A stretch of DNA of 64,000 nt. It comes from Gemmatimonadales bacterium (GTDB lineage Bacteria > Gemmatimonadota > Gemmatimonadetes > Gemmatimonadales > GWC2-71-9). The stretch covers positions 3,926-67,925 of the forward strand of contig DASUJH010000044.1 in assembly GCA_036279355.1 (NCBI GenBank), written 5' to 3'. Made by a program: the position numbers and the translations under genes. The notes below the pieces were generated by a model, which ran no database searches, had not been told where the DNA came from, and saw nothing but the letters and a program-made list of their open reading frames with translations. The first letter of the stretch is position 1. Each line of letters begins with the position of its first letter. This document shows, piece by piece, positions 1 to 10,015 of this stretch.

Positions 1-1
1 C

Positions 2-364
2 GGCCGGCTCGTCGCGTGGGCGGTGGTAGGCGTCGATCCCACAATCATGGGCATCGGACCCGCGCCCGCCGCGCGAGAGGCGCTCGCGCGCGCGGGCCTC
101 ACGCTCAATGCGATGGACCTGATCGAAGTGAACGAGGCGTTCGCCGCCCAGTACCTGGCCGTCGAGCGCGAGCTCGGTCTGCCTCGCGAGCGCACCAACG
201 TCGACGGCGGCGCGATCGCCCTCGGCCATCCCCTCGGCGCGAGCGGCGCCCGTATCACCGCGCACCTGCTGCACGCGCTTCGGCGCCGCGGCGGGCGCTA
301 CGGCCTGGGCAGCGCCTGCATCGGCGGCGGCCAGGGCGTCGCGATCGTGGTCGAAGCCCTGTAG
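2..364 (+). CDS. acetyl-CoA C-acetyltransferase (thiolase), C-terminal fragment; 5' end lies outside the window
   Basis: Frame is open to the window edge. Thiolase C-terminal motifs [24 protein letters not shown] and CIGGGQG. Stop TAG 362-364. Confidence 0.9.
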   Translation, partial: GRLVAWAVVGVDPTIMGIGPAPAAREALARAGLTLNAMDLIEVNEAFAAQYLAVERELGLPRERTNVDGGAIALGHPLGASGARITAHLLHALRRRGGRYGLGSACIGGGQGVAIVVEAL

Positions 365-382
365 CACGCACCTGGAGGTTTC

Positions 383-1363
383 GTGGATCTTCTCGGCATC
401 GGTATCGCAGTCGCGGTGGGCTATGTGTTTCTGAGCCTTCGCGTCATCCGGCAGTACGAGCGCAGCGTCGTCTTCTTCCTCGGCCGCGTCTGGGGCACGA
501 AGGGGCCGGGGATGGTATTTCTCCCCGCCGGCTTTGTGCAGCAGAAGCGGATTTCGCTTCGGGTCATGGCGCTGGACATCCCGCCGCAGGACGTGATCAC
601 CCGCGACAACGTCTCCGTCAAGGTGACCGCCGTCCTTTACATGAAGGTCGCCGAGCCAGCCAAGGCGGTGATCGAGATCGAGGACTATCTCTACGCCACG
701 AGCCAGTTGGCGCAGACGACGCTTCGCTCGGTCCTGGGCGAGGTGGAGCTGGACGAGCTCTTGAGCGACCGCGAGAAGATCAACGCCGTACTCAAGCGGA
801 TCATCGACACCCGCACTGAGGCATGGGGCATCGAGGCGTCCGCGGTCGAGGTGAAGGACGTAGACCTCCCCGACCAGATGAAGCGCGCGATGGCGCGACA
901 GGCGGAAGCGGAGCGCGAGCGCCGGGCCAAGGTGATCGCCGCGCAGGGCGAGCTGCAAGCGTCCCAGACCCTCGCCGAGGCCGCGCGCACGCTGGGCGCC
1001 GAGCCAAACGCGATCCAGTTGCGCTATCTCCAGACGGTCACCGAGATCGCGACCGAGAACAATTCCACCACACTCTTCCCCATTCCGATCGAAATGTTTC
1101 GGCCGTTCATCAACGCCGCTGCCTCGGCCGCGGGCACCGGGCACCCATCGGCCGCGCAAACTCCGATGCCGGCGCCGCTGCCGCAGATCTCCGCACCCGG
1201 CGCAAGCGCGCCCGGCGCAAGCGACCTTCCGCCCGAAATCCAGAAGGTCCTCGGCCATGCGGCAACCGAGCCTGGCGGCATGCCGTCGGACCAGATCAAC
1301 GACATCATCCAGCAGCTCAGGGTCGATGCGGCCAAGCGGTCGGGCCAGGGGCAGGATGGGTGA
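383..1363 (+). CDS. SPFH/band-7 (stomatin-like) membrane protein
   Basis: N-terminal TM segment, then a stomatin core ([57 protein letters not shown]). GTG start with GGAGG 5-9 nt upstream. Confidence 0.85.
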   Translation: MDLLGIGIAVAVGYVFLSLRVIRQYERSVVFFLGRVWGTKGPGMVFLPAGFVQQKRISLRVMALDIPPQDVITRDNVSVKVTAVLYMKVAEPAKAVIEIEDYLYATSQLAQTTLRSVLGEVELDELLSDREKINAVLKRIIDTRTEAWGIEASAVEVKDVDLPDQMKRAMARQAEAERERRAKVIAAQGELQASQTLAEAARTLGAEPNAIQLRYLQTVTEIATENNSTTLFPIPIEMFRPFINAAASAAGTGHPSAAQTPMPAPLPQISAPGASAPGASDLPPEIQKVLGHAATEPGGMPSDQINDIIQQLRVDAAKRSGQGQDG

Positions 1364-2186
1364 GGAGCCACCCGGCCGGCTCGACCGGGCGGCGCTCGAG
1401 CGGATCATCCGCCGGGCCGCCGAGCTGCAGACGAGCGGACGGGAGATCGGCGAGAGCCTGACGCCGGATGAAGTGATGGCGCTGGGCCGCGACGTGGGCA
1501 TTCCGCGCCGCTACCTGCAACAGGCGCTGCTCGAGGAGAACGCGCGGCTGCCGGACCAGCCGGAGGCCGATGCGTGGACCAGGCTCGCGGGCCCCGGCGT
1601 CGTGCGGACCCACCGCGTGGTGCGCGGTGACCAGGCAGCGCTCGAGCAGACGCTGCTCCGCTGGATGGAACAGCAGGAGCTGTTCTGCGTGCAGCGGCAG
1701 CAGCCCGGGTGGATCACCTGGGAGCCGATCGGCGGTTTCCAAGCGGCCATCCGGCGGTCCACCGGCGCGATCGGCGGGCGGCGGCCGCTCATGCTCTCGA
1801 AGGCGAGCACGGTGAGCGCGACGTTCACCCCGCTCGAGGACGACTACCAGCACGTGGCGCTCGAGGCCGACGTGCGCCCGGTGCGCACCGCGCATCTGGG
1901 CGGCGCCGCCACCGCGGTGGGGGCGGGCGCGGCGGCGAGTGCCACGCTCGTCGCGCTGAGCGCACTGCTGCCCGTGGCATTGGTGCCGCTCCCGATCGGC
2001 GTGGCGATCGGCTGGTCGGCGGTCCGACAGTACCGGCCGGTGCCGCGGCGAGTGCTGCTCGGACTCGAGCGCGCGCTCGACCAGCTCGAGCAGGGTGGCG
2101 TGAAGCCGAGCCACCGCATTCCCCCGCGCACGGCGGGGATCATCGAGCTTCTGGCGGACGAGATCCGGCGATCGCTCAGTCGATGA
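1356..2186 (+). CDS. hypothetical protein with C-terminal hydrophobic segments, coupled to the SPFH gene
   Basis: ATG 1356 overlaps the SPFH stop (ATGGGTGA). Plausible composition; two predicted TM stretches near the C-terminus. No family recognised; it is not NfeD-like. Confidence 0.55.
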   Translation: MGEEPPGRLDRAALERIIRRAAELQTSGREIGESLTPDEVMALGRDVGIPRRYLQQALLEENARLPDQPEADAWTRLAGPGVVRTHRVVRGDQAALEQTLLRWMEQQELFCVQRQQPGWITWEPIGGFQAAIRRSTGAIGGRRPLMLSKASTVSATFTPLEDDYQHVALEADVRPVRTAHLGGAATAVGAGAAASATLVALSALLPVALVPLPIGVAIGWSAVRQYRPVPRRVLLGLERALDQLEQGGVKPSHRIPPRTAGIIELLADEIRRSLSR

Positions 2187-2209
2187 CGTTCTGACGGAAG
2201 GCGGCGCGC

Positions 2210-3106
2210 ATGGCGGCTGACGCGGTCGGCGTGAAGCGGGTCGGCGTGCTCGGCTCCGGGCTCATGGGGAGCGGCATCGGTCAGGCGAGCGCGGCGGCGG
2301 GATATCCGACCGTCGTGCGCGACGTAGTGCCGGCCGCGCTCGAGCGCGGCCGCGCGGCCATCGCATCCTCGCTCACGAAGCTCTCGGAGAAGGGAAAGCT
2401 CCCGCCCGCCGGCCGGGACGCCGCGCTTGCCCGCCTTACGTTCACCACCGATCTCGCGGCACTCGCCGACTGCGACCTCGTCATCGAAGCCGTCACCGAA
2501 GACCTCGAGCTCAAGCGGGCGCTCCTCGCCGAGCTCGACCCGCGCTGCCCGCCCGCGACGATCTTCGCCTCCAACACGTCGAGCCTCACGATCGGCGCGC
2601 TCGCGGCCGGCACCTCGCGCCCTGACCGCTTCCTCGGGCTGCACTTCTTCAATCCGGTGCCGATCATGCCGCTCGTGGAGGTGGTCCGCGCCATCACCAC
2701 GAGCGCGGAAACGTTCGAGCGCGGCATGGCGTTCGTGCGGAGCCTGGGCAAGGAGCCCGTCGCGGCGCGGGACACATCCGGTTTCCTGGTGAATCTGCTG
2801 CTCGTGCCCTATCTGCTCGACGCGGTGCGCGCGCTCGAGCGCCGCGTCGGCAGCGTCGCCGATCTCGATCTCGCCATGCGGCTCGGCGCCGGACACCCGA
2901 TGGGACCGTTCACGCTCCTCGACTTCGTCGGCATCGATACCACGGTGCGCATCGCCGAAATCATGTTCGACGAATACAGAGAGACCCGCTACGCCGCGCC
3001 CCCGCTGCTCCGCCGCATGGCCCTGGCGGGCCTTCACGGCCGGAAGACGGGCCGCGGCTTCTACGATTACACCTCCGACCCGCCGGTGCCCGTCCCCTTC
3101 GACTGA
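2210..3106 (+). CDS. hbd: 3-hydroxybutyryl-CoA / 3-hydroxyacyl-CoA dehydrogenase
   Basis: Rossmann motif GVLGSGLMGSGIG, plus FASNTSSL, HFFNPVPIMPLVEV and GFLVNLLL motifs. Full-length, about 298 aa. Confidence 0.88.
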   Translation: MAADAVGVKRVGVLGSGLMGSGIGQASAAAGYPTVVRDVVPAALERGRAAIASSLTKLSEKGKLPPAGRDAALARLTFTTDLAALADCDLVIEAVTEDLELKRALLAELDPRCPPATIFASNTSSLTIGALAAGTSRPDRFLGLHFFNPVPIMPLVEVVRAITTSAETFERGMAFVRSLGKEPVAARDTSGFLVNLLLVPYLLDAVRALERRVGSVADLDLAMRLGAGHPMGPFTLLDFVGIDTTVRIAEIMFDEYRETRYAAPPLLRRMALAGLHGRKTGRGFYDYTSDPPVPVPFD

Positions 3107-3184
3107 GTGCCCGGAACGGTGTTACCGTTCACGGGTCGCGCAGGTCCCGCGGCACACGTCATCGCCCTCTTTTCCGGAGACCCG

Positions 3185-3823
3185 ATGCTCGGCTACGACT
3201 GGCCCCGCGTGCACGGCATGCTCACCGCGCTCCCGGTCGCCCTGCTCTCGCTCGCGGTGGCACTGGAGCTCGCGGCGATCGTCTTGAAGCGCGAGCGGTT
3301 GCACGGCACCAGTCTGCTCATCCTCGTGCTCGGTGCCATCGGTGCCGGGGTGACCGTGCTCGCCGGGCTCGAAGCGGAGGACCACATAGACCACGGGCCG
3401 GCCATCCACGAAATCATGGAAGAGCACAAGGAGCTCGCGCTCATCACGCTCGGCATCTTTGCGGTGCTGCTGATCTGGCGCCTGATCCGCGAGCGGCGCA
3501 TGGGAATGGCGGAGCGGTATGCCGCGCTCTTTCTCGGCTTCGTCGGCTTCGGCTTTCTCGCGGCGACAGGTCACCACGGCGGCGAGCTCGTCTTCGAGCA
3601 CGCGGCCGGCGTGCCCAACGCGATGCTCAGGGCCGAGCTCGGCAACCGGGCCGAGGGGCACCATCACCACGGCGAGGACGCCGAGGGCGCCGACCACATT
3701 CACGCAGCCGAGGGCGACTCGGCACACGAGCGCGGGGCGCCGGGCACCCCGGCAGCCGACTCCGCCGCCTTGGAGCCGCCCGGACACGAGCATCCGCCGG
3801 GCACCCCGCCGCACGAGCACTGA
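3185..3823 (+). CDS. DUF2231-like integral membrane protein with a His-rich C-terminal tail
   Basis: Four hydrophobic helices and a HHGGELV motif. Tail reads GHHHHGEDAEGADHIHAAEGDSAHE...GHEHPPGTPPHEH. Start taken at ATG 3185; the ORF is open from 3107. Confidence 0.6.
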   Translation: MLGYDWPRVHGMLTALPVALLSLAVALELAAIVLKRERLHGTSLLILVLGAIGAGVTVLAGLEAEDHIDHGPAIHEIMEEHKELALITLGIFAVLLIWRLIRERRMGMAERYAALFLGFVGFGFLAATGHHGGELVFEHAAGVPNAMLRAELGNRAEGHHHHGEDAEGADHIHAAEGDSAHERGAPGTPAADSAALEPPGHEHPPGTPPHEH

Positions 3824-3827
3824 CGCG

Positions 3828-4457
3828 ATGCGCGGGCACCGGCGCACGGCCACGCGACGAGCCGTTGCCGGCGTGCTCGGCGGCGCTCTTGCGGCCGCGT
3901 GCGTGATGTCCACCGCTCGTCCCGACATCACGCCGCTCCCCGAGGCGGTCCATGCGAGCGTTGACCTCCCAGTCCGCGACGCGACACAGCGACTCGCCGA
4001 AGGACTGCGGAGCGACTCGATTCCGGTCACGAAGATCGAGCCGCGCGACGGCTACCTCGAGACGCCATGGTTCGACGCCGAATCCGGCACGCCGACCGAC
4101 CGCTCGCCGCTCGGCCCGGATGTGGTGAAGGTGCGCGCGTTCATCGATCCGGCGCGCGTGGGCCAGAGCGACCTGGACGTGGAAACGGTATTCCGGGGAG
4201 TTTCAAATCCGGCGGTGCCGAGCCGGGAGCTCGAGCAGATCGTGCCGTCGGACCACGTGGTGGTGAAGCGGGTACAGGCGGCGCTCGACGAGCTGGTCCG
4301 CCGCTACGGTGAGCCGGCGCCCGCTGCCGCCGTTGCTCCGGCGACCGGGGACACCACTCGGCCCGACTCGGTCCGCGTGGATTCGTTCCAGATCGCTCCG
4401 CCCGCCGCCGATTCCATCCGAGCCGATTCGAGCCGGATCAGACCACGTAGGCCCTGA
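3828..4457 (+). CDS. hypothetical lipoprotein
   Basis: ATG 3828 lies inside ORF 3519..4457. Signal peptide with a lipobox-like LAAAC. The upstream part of the ORF overlaps the previous gene and is Arg/Ser/Thr junk. Confidence 0.55.
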   Translation: MRGHRRTATRRAVAGVLGGALAAACVMSTARPDITPLPEAVHASVDLPVRDATQRLAEGLRSDSIPVTKIEPRDGYLETPWFDAESGTPTDRSPLGPDVVKVRAFIDPARVGQSDLDVETVFRGVSNPAVPSRELEQIVPSDHVVVKRVQAALDELVRRYGEPAPAAAVAPATGDTTRPDSVRVDSFQIAPPAADSIRADSSRIRPRRP

Positions 4458-5232
4458 CCCACTCCTCCAGCCGGCCGAGGTCGAGCCCCGCATCCTTGCA
4501 GGGTCCCCAGGGCAGCGTCATCGTGAGCCCGAGCACCGGAACCTTGCCGGCGACGTCGTGCAGGCCGCTCACCATGTCGCGCTCGCATGCCACCGCCACC
4601 ACCGCGCGCGGGCGGCGCTCGCGGATCACTCGGCGCGCGAGCTGGCCGCGGGTCGCCACGAACACCGGAACGCCGTACTTGCCGGCGATGCCGAGCACGC
4701 CGTCGAGCGTTTCCTTGGAGAGGCAGCGGGGGATGAGGAGGAGCAGCTCGCCGGTGCCGACCTTGCGGGATCGGGTGAGCGCCAGCGCGTTGTAAACCTT
4801 GACCGCCGCGTTCTCCACCCAGTCGCGCCGGCCGAAGCGATTGGCCACGCGCGACGTGAGGCGCATGAGACGGAGGAAGAGCCCCCGCTCGGCGAGCCGC
4901 TCCGGCAGGATGGCCTTGCCCCTCGCGAAGGCGATCGCAAGCAACGCCCACCAGAGGATGAGCAGCGCGCCGGCCGCCGCCCATGCAGCCCAGAGCACAC
5001 GCGGGATGAGGCGATGGACGAGGGCGAGCCGGGGCCCGAGCAGATAGAGGGCGAAGGCGGAGAGAAGGCCGGCCACAGCGAGCGCCGCCGCCGACCAGGC
5101 GAAGAAGAGCACCGGCGCGGAATCGTAATTTCCGCGGTTGGGCAGCGGGGCGCCGTCCCACTCGTCCCACTCGTGCCCGAGCCGCCGGTCGACATCGATG
5201 TGGATGAGCTGCGCCCGCTGTGCGTCGGCCAT
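4438..5232 (-). CDS. DUF116-family membrane protein
   Basis: Two N-terminal TM helices, then LLLLIPRCLSK...VAVACERDMVSG...PWGPCKD, the pattern I recall for DUF116. Start taken at MADAQ (5232). Confidence 0.6.
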   Translation of the reverse strand: MADAQRAQLIHIDVDRRLGHEWDEWDGAPLPNRGNYDSAPVLFFAWSAAALAVAGLLSAFALYLLGPRLALVHRLIPRVLWAAWAAAGALLILWWALLAIAFARGKAILPERLAERGLFLRLMRLTSRVANRFGRRDWVENAAVKVYNALALTRSRKVGTGELLLLIPRCLSKETLDGVLGIAGKYGVPVFVATRGQLARRVIRERRPRAVVAVACERDMVSGLHDVAGKVPVLGLTMTLPWGPCKDAGLDLGRLEEWVRAYVV

Positions 5233-5345
5233 GGCAAGAGATATTCTCACGGGTCGCCCGGCGCTTGGCAAGGCCGGCGGGCCACGATGCCGCAGGCGCA
5301 ATGCAGGCGGCCGAGGGCCCGGCCCGGGCGGTTTAGCTTTCCGCG

Positions 5346-6983
5346 ATGCGGCGCACTCCTCCTGTCCGAGGCCCCTTCCGAACCGACCGCCGGGCGCGGG
5401 CCGCGTACGCGGAGGGCGCCGGCATCTATCGCATCGTGCCGCGCGCCGTCTGCCTTCCCGCCGACATCGATGATCTCGTCTCGCTCGTGCGCTGGGCGGC
5501 CGACAAGCGGGTGCCGCTCGTGCCGCGCGGCGCGGGCAGCGGCATGCCGGGTGGCAACGTGGGCGACGGCATCGTGGTCGACGTTACTGGGATGGCGGGG
5601 CCGGCGCTCCGCGTGGACGCCGCCGCACGGCGCGCCGTGATGCGCGCCGGCGAATCGCTCGGTGCGCTCGAGGCCGCCGCCGCGCCGCTCGGCCTGCGCC
5701 TGCCACCGGACCCGTCGAGCTGGCGCTGGGCCACCGCGGGCGGTGTCGTGTCGACCAACGCCGCCGGCGCGCGGTCGGTGCGCTACGGCAGCATGCGTGC
5801 GTGGGTGGAGAGCGTCGAGCTCGTCACCGCCGACGGTGACATTGCGTCGCTCCGGCGCCGCGGCGAAACTCGGTCCGGGCCCGCGGCGCTCGCGCGCTTC
5901 GAGCACGACGCGGCGCCCGCCATCCGCGCCGCGGCACCGCTCATCTCGAGCCGCTTTCCCCGCGTTCGGAAGAACTCCTCCGGCTACGCGCTCGACGCCT
6001 GGCTTCGAAGCGGCGACGCGCTCGACCTCGTGGTGGGCGCCGAGGGTACCCTCGGCATCATCGCCGCGGTCGAATGGCGGCTCGATCCGGTGCCGCCCCA
6101 TCGCGCAGGGCTCCGCGTGATCCTGGCGGAATACGCGGCGCTCCCCGAGGTGGTGGCCCGACTCCTCGCACTCGAGCCTTCGGCCATCGAGCTGCTCGAC
6201 CGGACGTTTCTCGAGCTGGTGGCCGCCCCCGGCACCGACGCGTTCACCGGGAATCGCGGCGCCGAGGCCGTGCTGCTGGTCGAATTCGAGAATGAGGACG
6301 CGGCACGCCTCCGCGAGACCGTCGGGAGGGCGGTGGCGGCGGCGCGCCCGCTCGCCTTCGGTGTGGACGCGGCGCTCTCGCCCGCGGGCGCCGAGCGCCT
6401 CTGGCAACTCCGCCACGCGGCGAGCCCCATCCTCGCGAGTCTCCCGCCCGATCGCCGCTCGCTCCAGGTGATCGAGGATGCCTGCGTGCCGGTGCCCAAG
6501 CTTGGCGAGTACGTCGCTGCGGTGCGGCGCGCGGCGGAGGCGCGCGGGCTCCAGGTCGTCGTCTTCGGCCACGCGGGCGACGGCAACGTCCACGTCAACG
6601 TGCTGCCCGAGCTGGCACGGAGCGGTTGGGAGCAGGCGATCGCCGGTCTGCTCGACGAGGTGAGCGACGCAGTCGTGCGCATGGGCGGCGTACCCTCGGG
6701 CGAGCACGGCACCGGTCGCCTTCGCGCGAGCCTCCTCGAGCGGATCTACGGCGAGGAGATCGTCGCGCTCTTCCGCCGGGTAAAGGCGAGCTTCGATCCC
6801 CTGGGAATCCTGAATCCCGGCGTTATCCTTCCGTCCGGCGAGCCGCCGATCGGCCGGCTCAAGGCGGGGAGCTCGGCGGCGGCGCTGCCGGCGGACATCG
6901 CCGGCGCGCTGCGCGAGATCGAGCAGCATGCGGGCTACGCAACACCCCGGCTTCCACTCGCGGATCGCCGCCGTCGCCGGTAA
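5346..6983 (+). CDS. FAD-binding oxidoreductase (GlcD / D-lactate dehydrogenase family)
   Basis: PCMH-type FAD-binding N-terminus (VPLVPRGAGSGMPGGNV) and a C-terminal GHAGDGNVHVN ... SGEHGTGRLR motif. Confidence 0.8.
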   Translation: MRRTPPVRGPFRTDRRARAAYAEGAGIYRIVPRAVCLPADIDDLVSLVRWAADKRVPLVPRGAGSGMPGGNVGDGIVVDVTGMAGPALRVDAAARRAVMRAGESLGALEAAAAPLGLRLPPDPSSWRWATAGGVVSTNAAGARSVRYGSMRAWVESVELVTADGDIASLRRRGETRSGPAALARFEHDAAPAIRAAAPLISSRFPRVRKNSSGYALDAWLRSGDALDLVVGAEGTLGIIAAVEWRLDPVPPHRAGLRVILAEYAALPEVVARLLALEPSAIELLDRTFLELVAAPGTDAFTGNRGAEAVLLVEFENEDAARLRETVGRAVAAARPLAFGVDAALSPAGAERLWQLRHAASPILASLPPDRRSLQVIEDACVPVPKLGEYVAAVRRAAEARGLQVVVFGHAGDGNVHVNVLPELARSGWEQAIAGLLDEVSDAVVRMGGVPSGEHGTGRLRASLLERIYGEEIVALFRRVKASFDPLGILNPGVILPSGEPPIGRLKAGSSAAALPADIAGALREIEQHAGYATPRLPLADRRRRR

Positions 6984-7011
6984 ACTCAGCAGTCCAACCC
7001 GAGACACGCCC

Positions 7012-7764
7012 ATGGAAATCTTCCGCGAGCCCCGCGTCACCCTCGTCGCGCGCCCCGAGTTCATCGAGCCCGCGCACCTCGCGGTCGAATGGAGGGGCGC
7101 GGCTTCGGGCGGCGAGCGTCTCGCCGAGTTCGCCGGACGGCTCTGCTACATGAGCCAGCACAACCCGGCCGGCCGCACCACGGCCGAGTACCTGGAGAAC
7201 ATCCTGAAGCAGGGGCACGGCTCGGTCTTCGAGCACGCCGTGTACGTCCTTCTGATCGAAGGGATTTCGCGCTCGTGCAGCCACGAGCTGGTCCGGCACC
7301 GCGCTGGCTTCGGCTACTCTCAGCTCTCACAACGGTACGTCGACGAGTCTCAGGCCGCGTTCGTGATGCCGCCGGCGGTTCAAGGTGACGCCGCGCTCGA
7401 GGCGGCGTGGACGGAGCAGGTGACTTCGGCGCAGGCGGCCTACGTGACTGCCGTGGCCGACCTCATGGCGCGCTACGCGTCGGAGAGCGACCGCGTGCAC
7501 CGCAGGAAGATGGCGCGCGAGGCCGCGCGGAGCGTGCTGCCCAACGCGACCGAGACGAAGATCGTCGCGAGCGCCAACGTCCGCGCCTGGCGCACCATGC
7601 TCGAACTGCGACTCGCGGAAGGCGCGGAGCTCGAGATCCGCCGCATGGCGGTGGCCTGTCTCAACGTGCTCGCGGCGGAAGCGCCCGCGCTCTTCCGTGA
7701 TTTCGAGATCTACCGCGCCGCGGACGGCGCAGACGCCGGCCGAGTCGCCTATCACAAGGTGTGA
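7012..7764 (+). CDS. thyX: FAD-dependent thymidylate synthase
   Basis: ThyX signature RHRAGFGYSQLSQRY, plus HGSVFEH. ATG 7012 follows an implausible in-frame N-terminal extension. Confidence 0.9.
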   Translation: MEIFREPRVTLVARPEFIEPAHLAVEWRGAASGGERLAEFAGRLCYMSQHNPAGRTTAEYLENILKQGHGSVFEHAVYVLLIEGISRSCSHELVRHRAGFGYSQLSQRYVDESQAAFVMPPAVQGDAALEAAWTEQVTSAQAAYVTAVADLMARYASESDRVHRRKMAREAARSVLPNATETKIVASANVRAWRTMLELRLAEGAELEIRRMAVACLNVLAAEAPALFRDFEIYRAADGADAGRVAYHKV

Positions 7765-7857
7765 GCGAGAAAAAAGTCGCGACCAATCCTGAAAAAACTA
7801 TTGTGCGTCGCTCCGGCAGTTCTTAGTTTATTGGTGTGAGGTAACTCAACCCGACTC

Positions 7858-7885
7858 GGCTCGTCTCGTGCGGACGGCCTTTTTT
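7858..7885 (+). terminator. intrinsic-terminator-like hairpin plus T-tract
   Basis: GGC(T)CGTC - TCGTGCG - GACGGCC followed by TTTTTT. It lies about 95 nt after the thyX stop and 8 nt before the next start. Confidence 0.6.
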
Positions 7886-7892
7886 GTAGAGG

Positions 7893-9005
7893 GTGCCTCT
7901 GCCAGTTCGAATCGGACTCGCCTTCAACGTCAAGCCAAAGGCTCCGGCCACCACCGCCGGGGCGACCGCCGAGTCTCCCGCATCACACGAGCCCATCAGC
8001 CGGGCGCTCCGCTCCGATCTCCAGCAGCCCGACCTCTACATCGAGTGGGACGAGCCCGCTACGATCGACGCGGTCGAGCGCGCGCTCGCCACGGTGGGCG
8101 ACGTGATCCGCCTCGAGGCCGATCAGGATTTTCCGCAGCGGCTGCTCGACTATCGTCCGGATTTCGTCTTCAACATCGCCGAAGGCCTCGTGGGTCAGAA
8201 CCGCGAGAGCCACGTCCCGGCCATCTGCGAGTTCCTCGGCGTGCCGTGCCACGCGTCTGACCCGCTCGCCCTGGCACTCGCGCTTCACAAGGGCCGCGCC
8301 AAGGAAATCTTCGAGCAGCACGGCGTGCCCACCGCGCCCTTCCGCCTCGCCCGCAGCGTGGCCGACGCGCGGAGCACGCGGCTCCCGTTTCCGCTCTTCG
8401 TGAAGCCGGCGTTCGAGGGCTCCGGCAAGGGCGTCAGCGTGCGAAGCCTCTGCCGTGATCGCGCCGAGTTGGTGGCGCAGGTGGGCGCGTTGCTCGAGAC
8501 GTACCGCGAGCCGGTGCTCATCGAGACCTACCTGCCCGGCCGCGAGTTCACCGTTGCCATTCTCGGCAACGGTGAGGAGGCGCGCTGCCTCCCGATCGTG
8601 GGCATGTGCTTCGACAGTCTGCCGGCCGGCGCGCCGCCCATCTACGGCTATGAGGCCAAGTGGGTGTGGGACACGCCGGAGCGGCCGCTCGCCATCTTCG
8701 AGTGCCCCGCGCAGGTCCCCGAGGCGCTCGCCGCAGAGTTGAGATCCGTGGCGCTCGCCGCGTACGCCGCGCTCGACTGCCGCGACTGGTGCCGCGTCGA
8801 TCTCCGCTGCGATGTCGCGGGCCGGCCGATGGTGGTCGAGCTGAATCCGCTCCCCGGCGTCCTCCCCGACCCGCGGGAGAACTCCTGCTTCCCCAAGGCC
8901 GCCGCCGCGGCCGGGATGTCATATGAGGAGCTGATCTGCACCGTGGCGGACATCGCCTGGCGCCGGATCAGTGGCCGTTCGCTCCTGGCGGAGGTTGCCT
9001 CGTGA
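7893..9005 (+). CDS. D-alanine--D-alanine ligase-family ATP-grasp enzyme (paralog 1)
   Basis: ATP-grasp layout: HKGRAKEIFEQHGVPTAPF, FPLFVKPAFEGSGKGVS, VLIETYLPGREFTVAILG, RVDLRCD...VVELNPLPG. Not located in a mur/fts context. Confidence 0.8.
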   Translation: MPLPVRIGLAFNVKPKAPATTAGATAESPASHEPISRALRSDLQQPDLYIEWDEPATIDAVERALATVGDVIRLEADQDFPQRLLDYRPDFVFNIAEGLVGQNRESHVPAICEFLGVPCHASDPLALALALHKGRAKEIFEQHGVPTAPFRLARSVADARSTRLPFPLFVKPAFEGSGKGVSVRSLCRDRAELVAQVGALLETYREPVLIETYLPGREFTVAILGNGEEARCLPIVGMCFDSLPAGAPPIYGYEAKWVWDTPERPLAIFECPAQVPEALAAELRSVALAAYAALDCRDWCRVDLRCDVAGRPMVVELNPLPGVLPDPRENSCFPKAAAAAGMSYEELICTVADIAWRRISGRSLLAEVAS

Positions 9006-10015
9006 GAGCCGCGGTCATCTACGACGCGGGCAGCGAGGACTGGTCGCCGCAGGACGTGGCCGCGGTGCTGAGCAACGTGCACGAAGTCCGCGCCTCGCTC
9101 CGGCGGCGGGACGTCGAGGTGGGCCTTGTGCCGGTGCGGCTCGGCGGGTTCCACTGGCTCTCGCGCGCCCGCCGGGCCGATGTGATCGTGAACCTCTGCG
9201 AGGGCATCAACGGGCACGCGCGGTTCGAGGACTACGTCGTCAACACCCTCGAGCTTACCGGGCTGCCGTTCACCGGCTGCCGCGCGTGGCCGGTGAGCGT
9301 GTGCCACCGGAAGCACGTGGCCAACACGCTGCTCGCCAACGCCGGCGTGCCGGTGCCCGCGTTCGTGCTGGCGCAGGGCGCCAATCGCATCCCGGCCGAC
9401 TTCCCCCTGCCCGCCATCGTGAAGCCCGCGGCCGAAGATGCGAGCGTCGGCATCGACGCGAGCGCCGTCTGCACCAGCCGCAAGGCGCTGCGCAAGCGGG
9501 TGGCGCAGATGACGGAGCAGTTCGACGAGGTATTGGTCCAGGCGTACGTGGCGGGCCGCGAATTCAACGCCGGATTCATCGGCAAGCAGGCGCTGCCGCT
9601 CGCCGAGATCCGGTTCGACGCCATGCCGGCGGGGAGCTGGCCGATCGTCACCTATGCCGCCAAGTGGTCCAGCGGCAGCCTCGACGATCTCGGCACCATG
9701 CCCGTCTGCCCGGCTGAGGTGCCCGCCGAGCTCGGCCGCCGGATCGTGCAGACGGCGTGGCGCGCGTGGGAGCTCCTCTGCGATGCGCAGGGTTACGGAC
9801 GGGTGGACCTCCGGCTCAGCGCCGACGGCGAGCCGTATGTGCTCGAGGTGAATCCCTGCCCCGACCTTTCGAGCGGCGCCGGGCTCGCCCGCATGGCCCA
9901 CGCCGCCGGCTGGACCTACGACGACCTGGTGCACGCGATCGTGGACGAAGCGCTCGAGCGTTCCCGGAGCGCGCGCTTTGCCGCGGCGCTTGCGAGTGGG
10001 GTGCCCGCCGCCTGA
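9002..10015 (+). CDS. D-alanine--D-alanine ligase-family ATP-grasp enzyme (paralog 2)
   Basis: GTG 9002 overlaps the upstream stop (GTGA). Motifs: PAIVKPAAEDASVGI, VLVQAYVAGREFNAGFIG, GRVDLRLSADGEPYVLEVNPCPD. Confidence 0.8.
   Translation: MRAAVIYDAGSEDWSPQDVAAVLSNVHEVRASLRRRDVEVGLVPVRLGGFHWLSRARRADVIVNLCEGINGHARFEDYVVNTLELTGLPFTGCRAWPVSVCHRKHVANTLLANAGVPVPAFVLAQGANRIPADFPLPAIVKPAAEDASVGIDASAVCTSRKALRKRVAQMTEQFDEVLVQAYVAGREFNAGFIGKQALPLAEIRFDAMPAGSWPIVTYAAKWSSGSLDDLGTMPVCPAEVPAELGRRIVQTAWRAWELLCDAQGYGRVDLRLSADGEPYVLEVNPCPDLSSGAGLARMAHAAGWTYDDLVHAIVDEALERSRSARFAAALASGVPAA

Noticed and set aside
5247-7064. 605-aa ORF antisense to the FAD oxidoreductase. Similar long antisense or alternate-frame ORFs include 1844..3037, 8648..9934, 18185..20044, 28282..29970, 36172..37461, 39047..40765, 43963..46011, 46766..48463 and 59838..61769.
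   Set aside because: Their translations are Arg/Gly/Pro/Ala/His-rich with no recognisable motifs. The opposite or alternate frame in each case encodes a clearly recognisable protein. This is the usual open-frame artefact of very GC-rich DNA.
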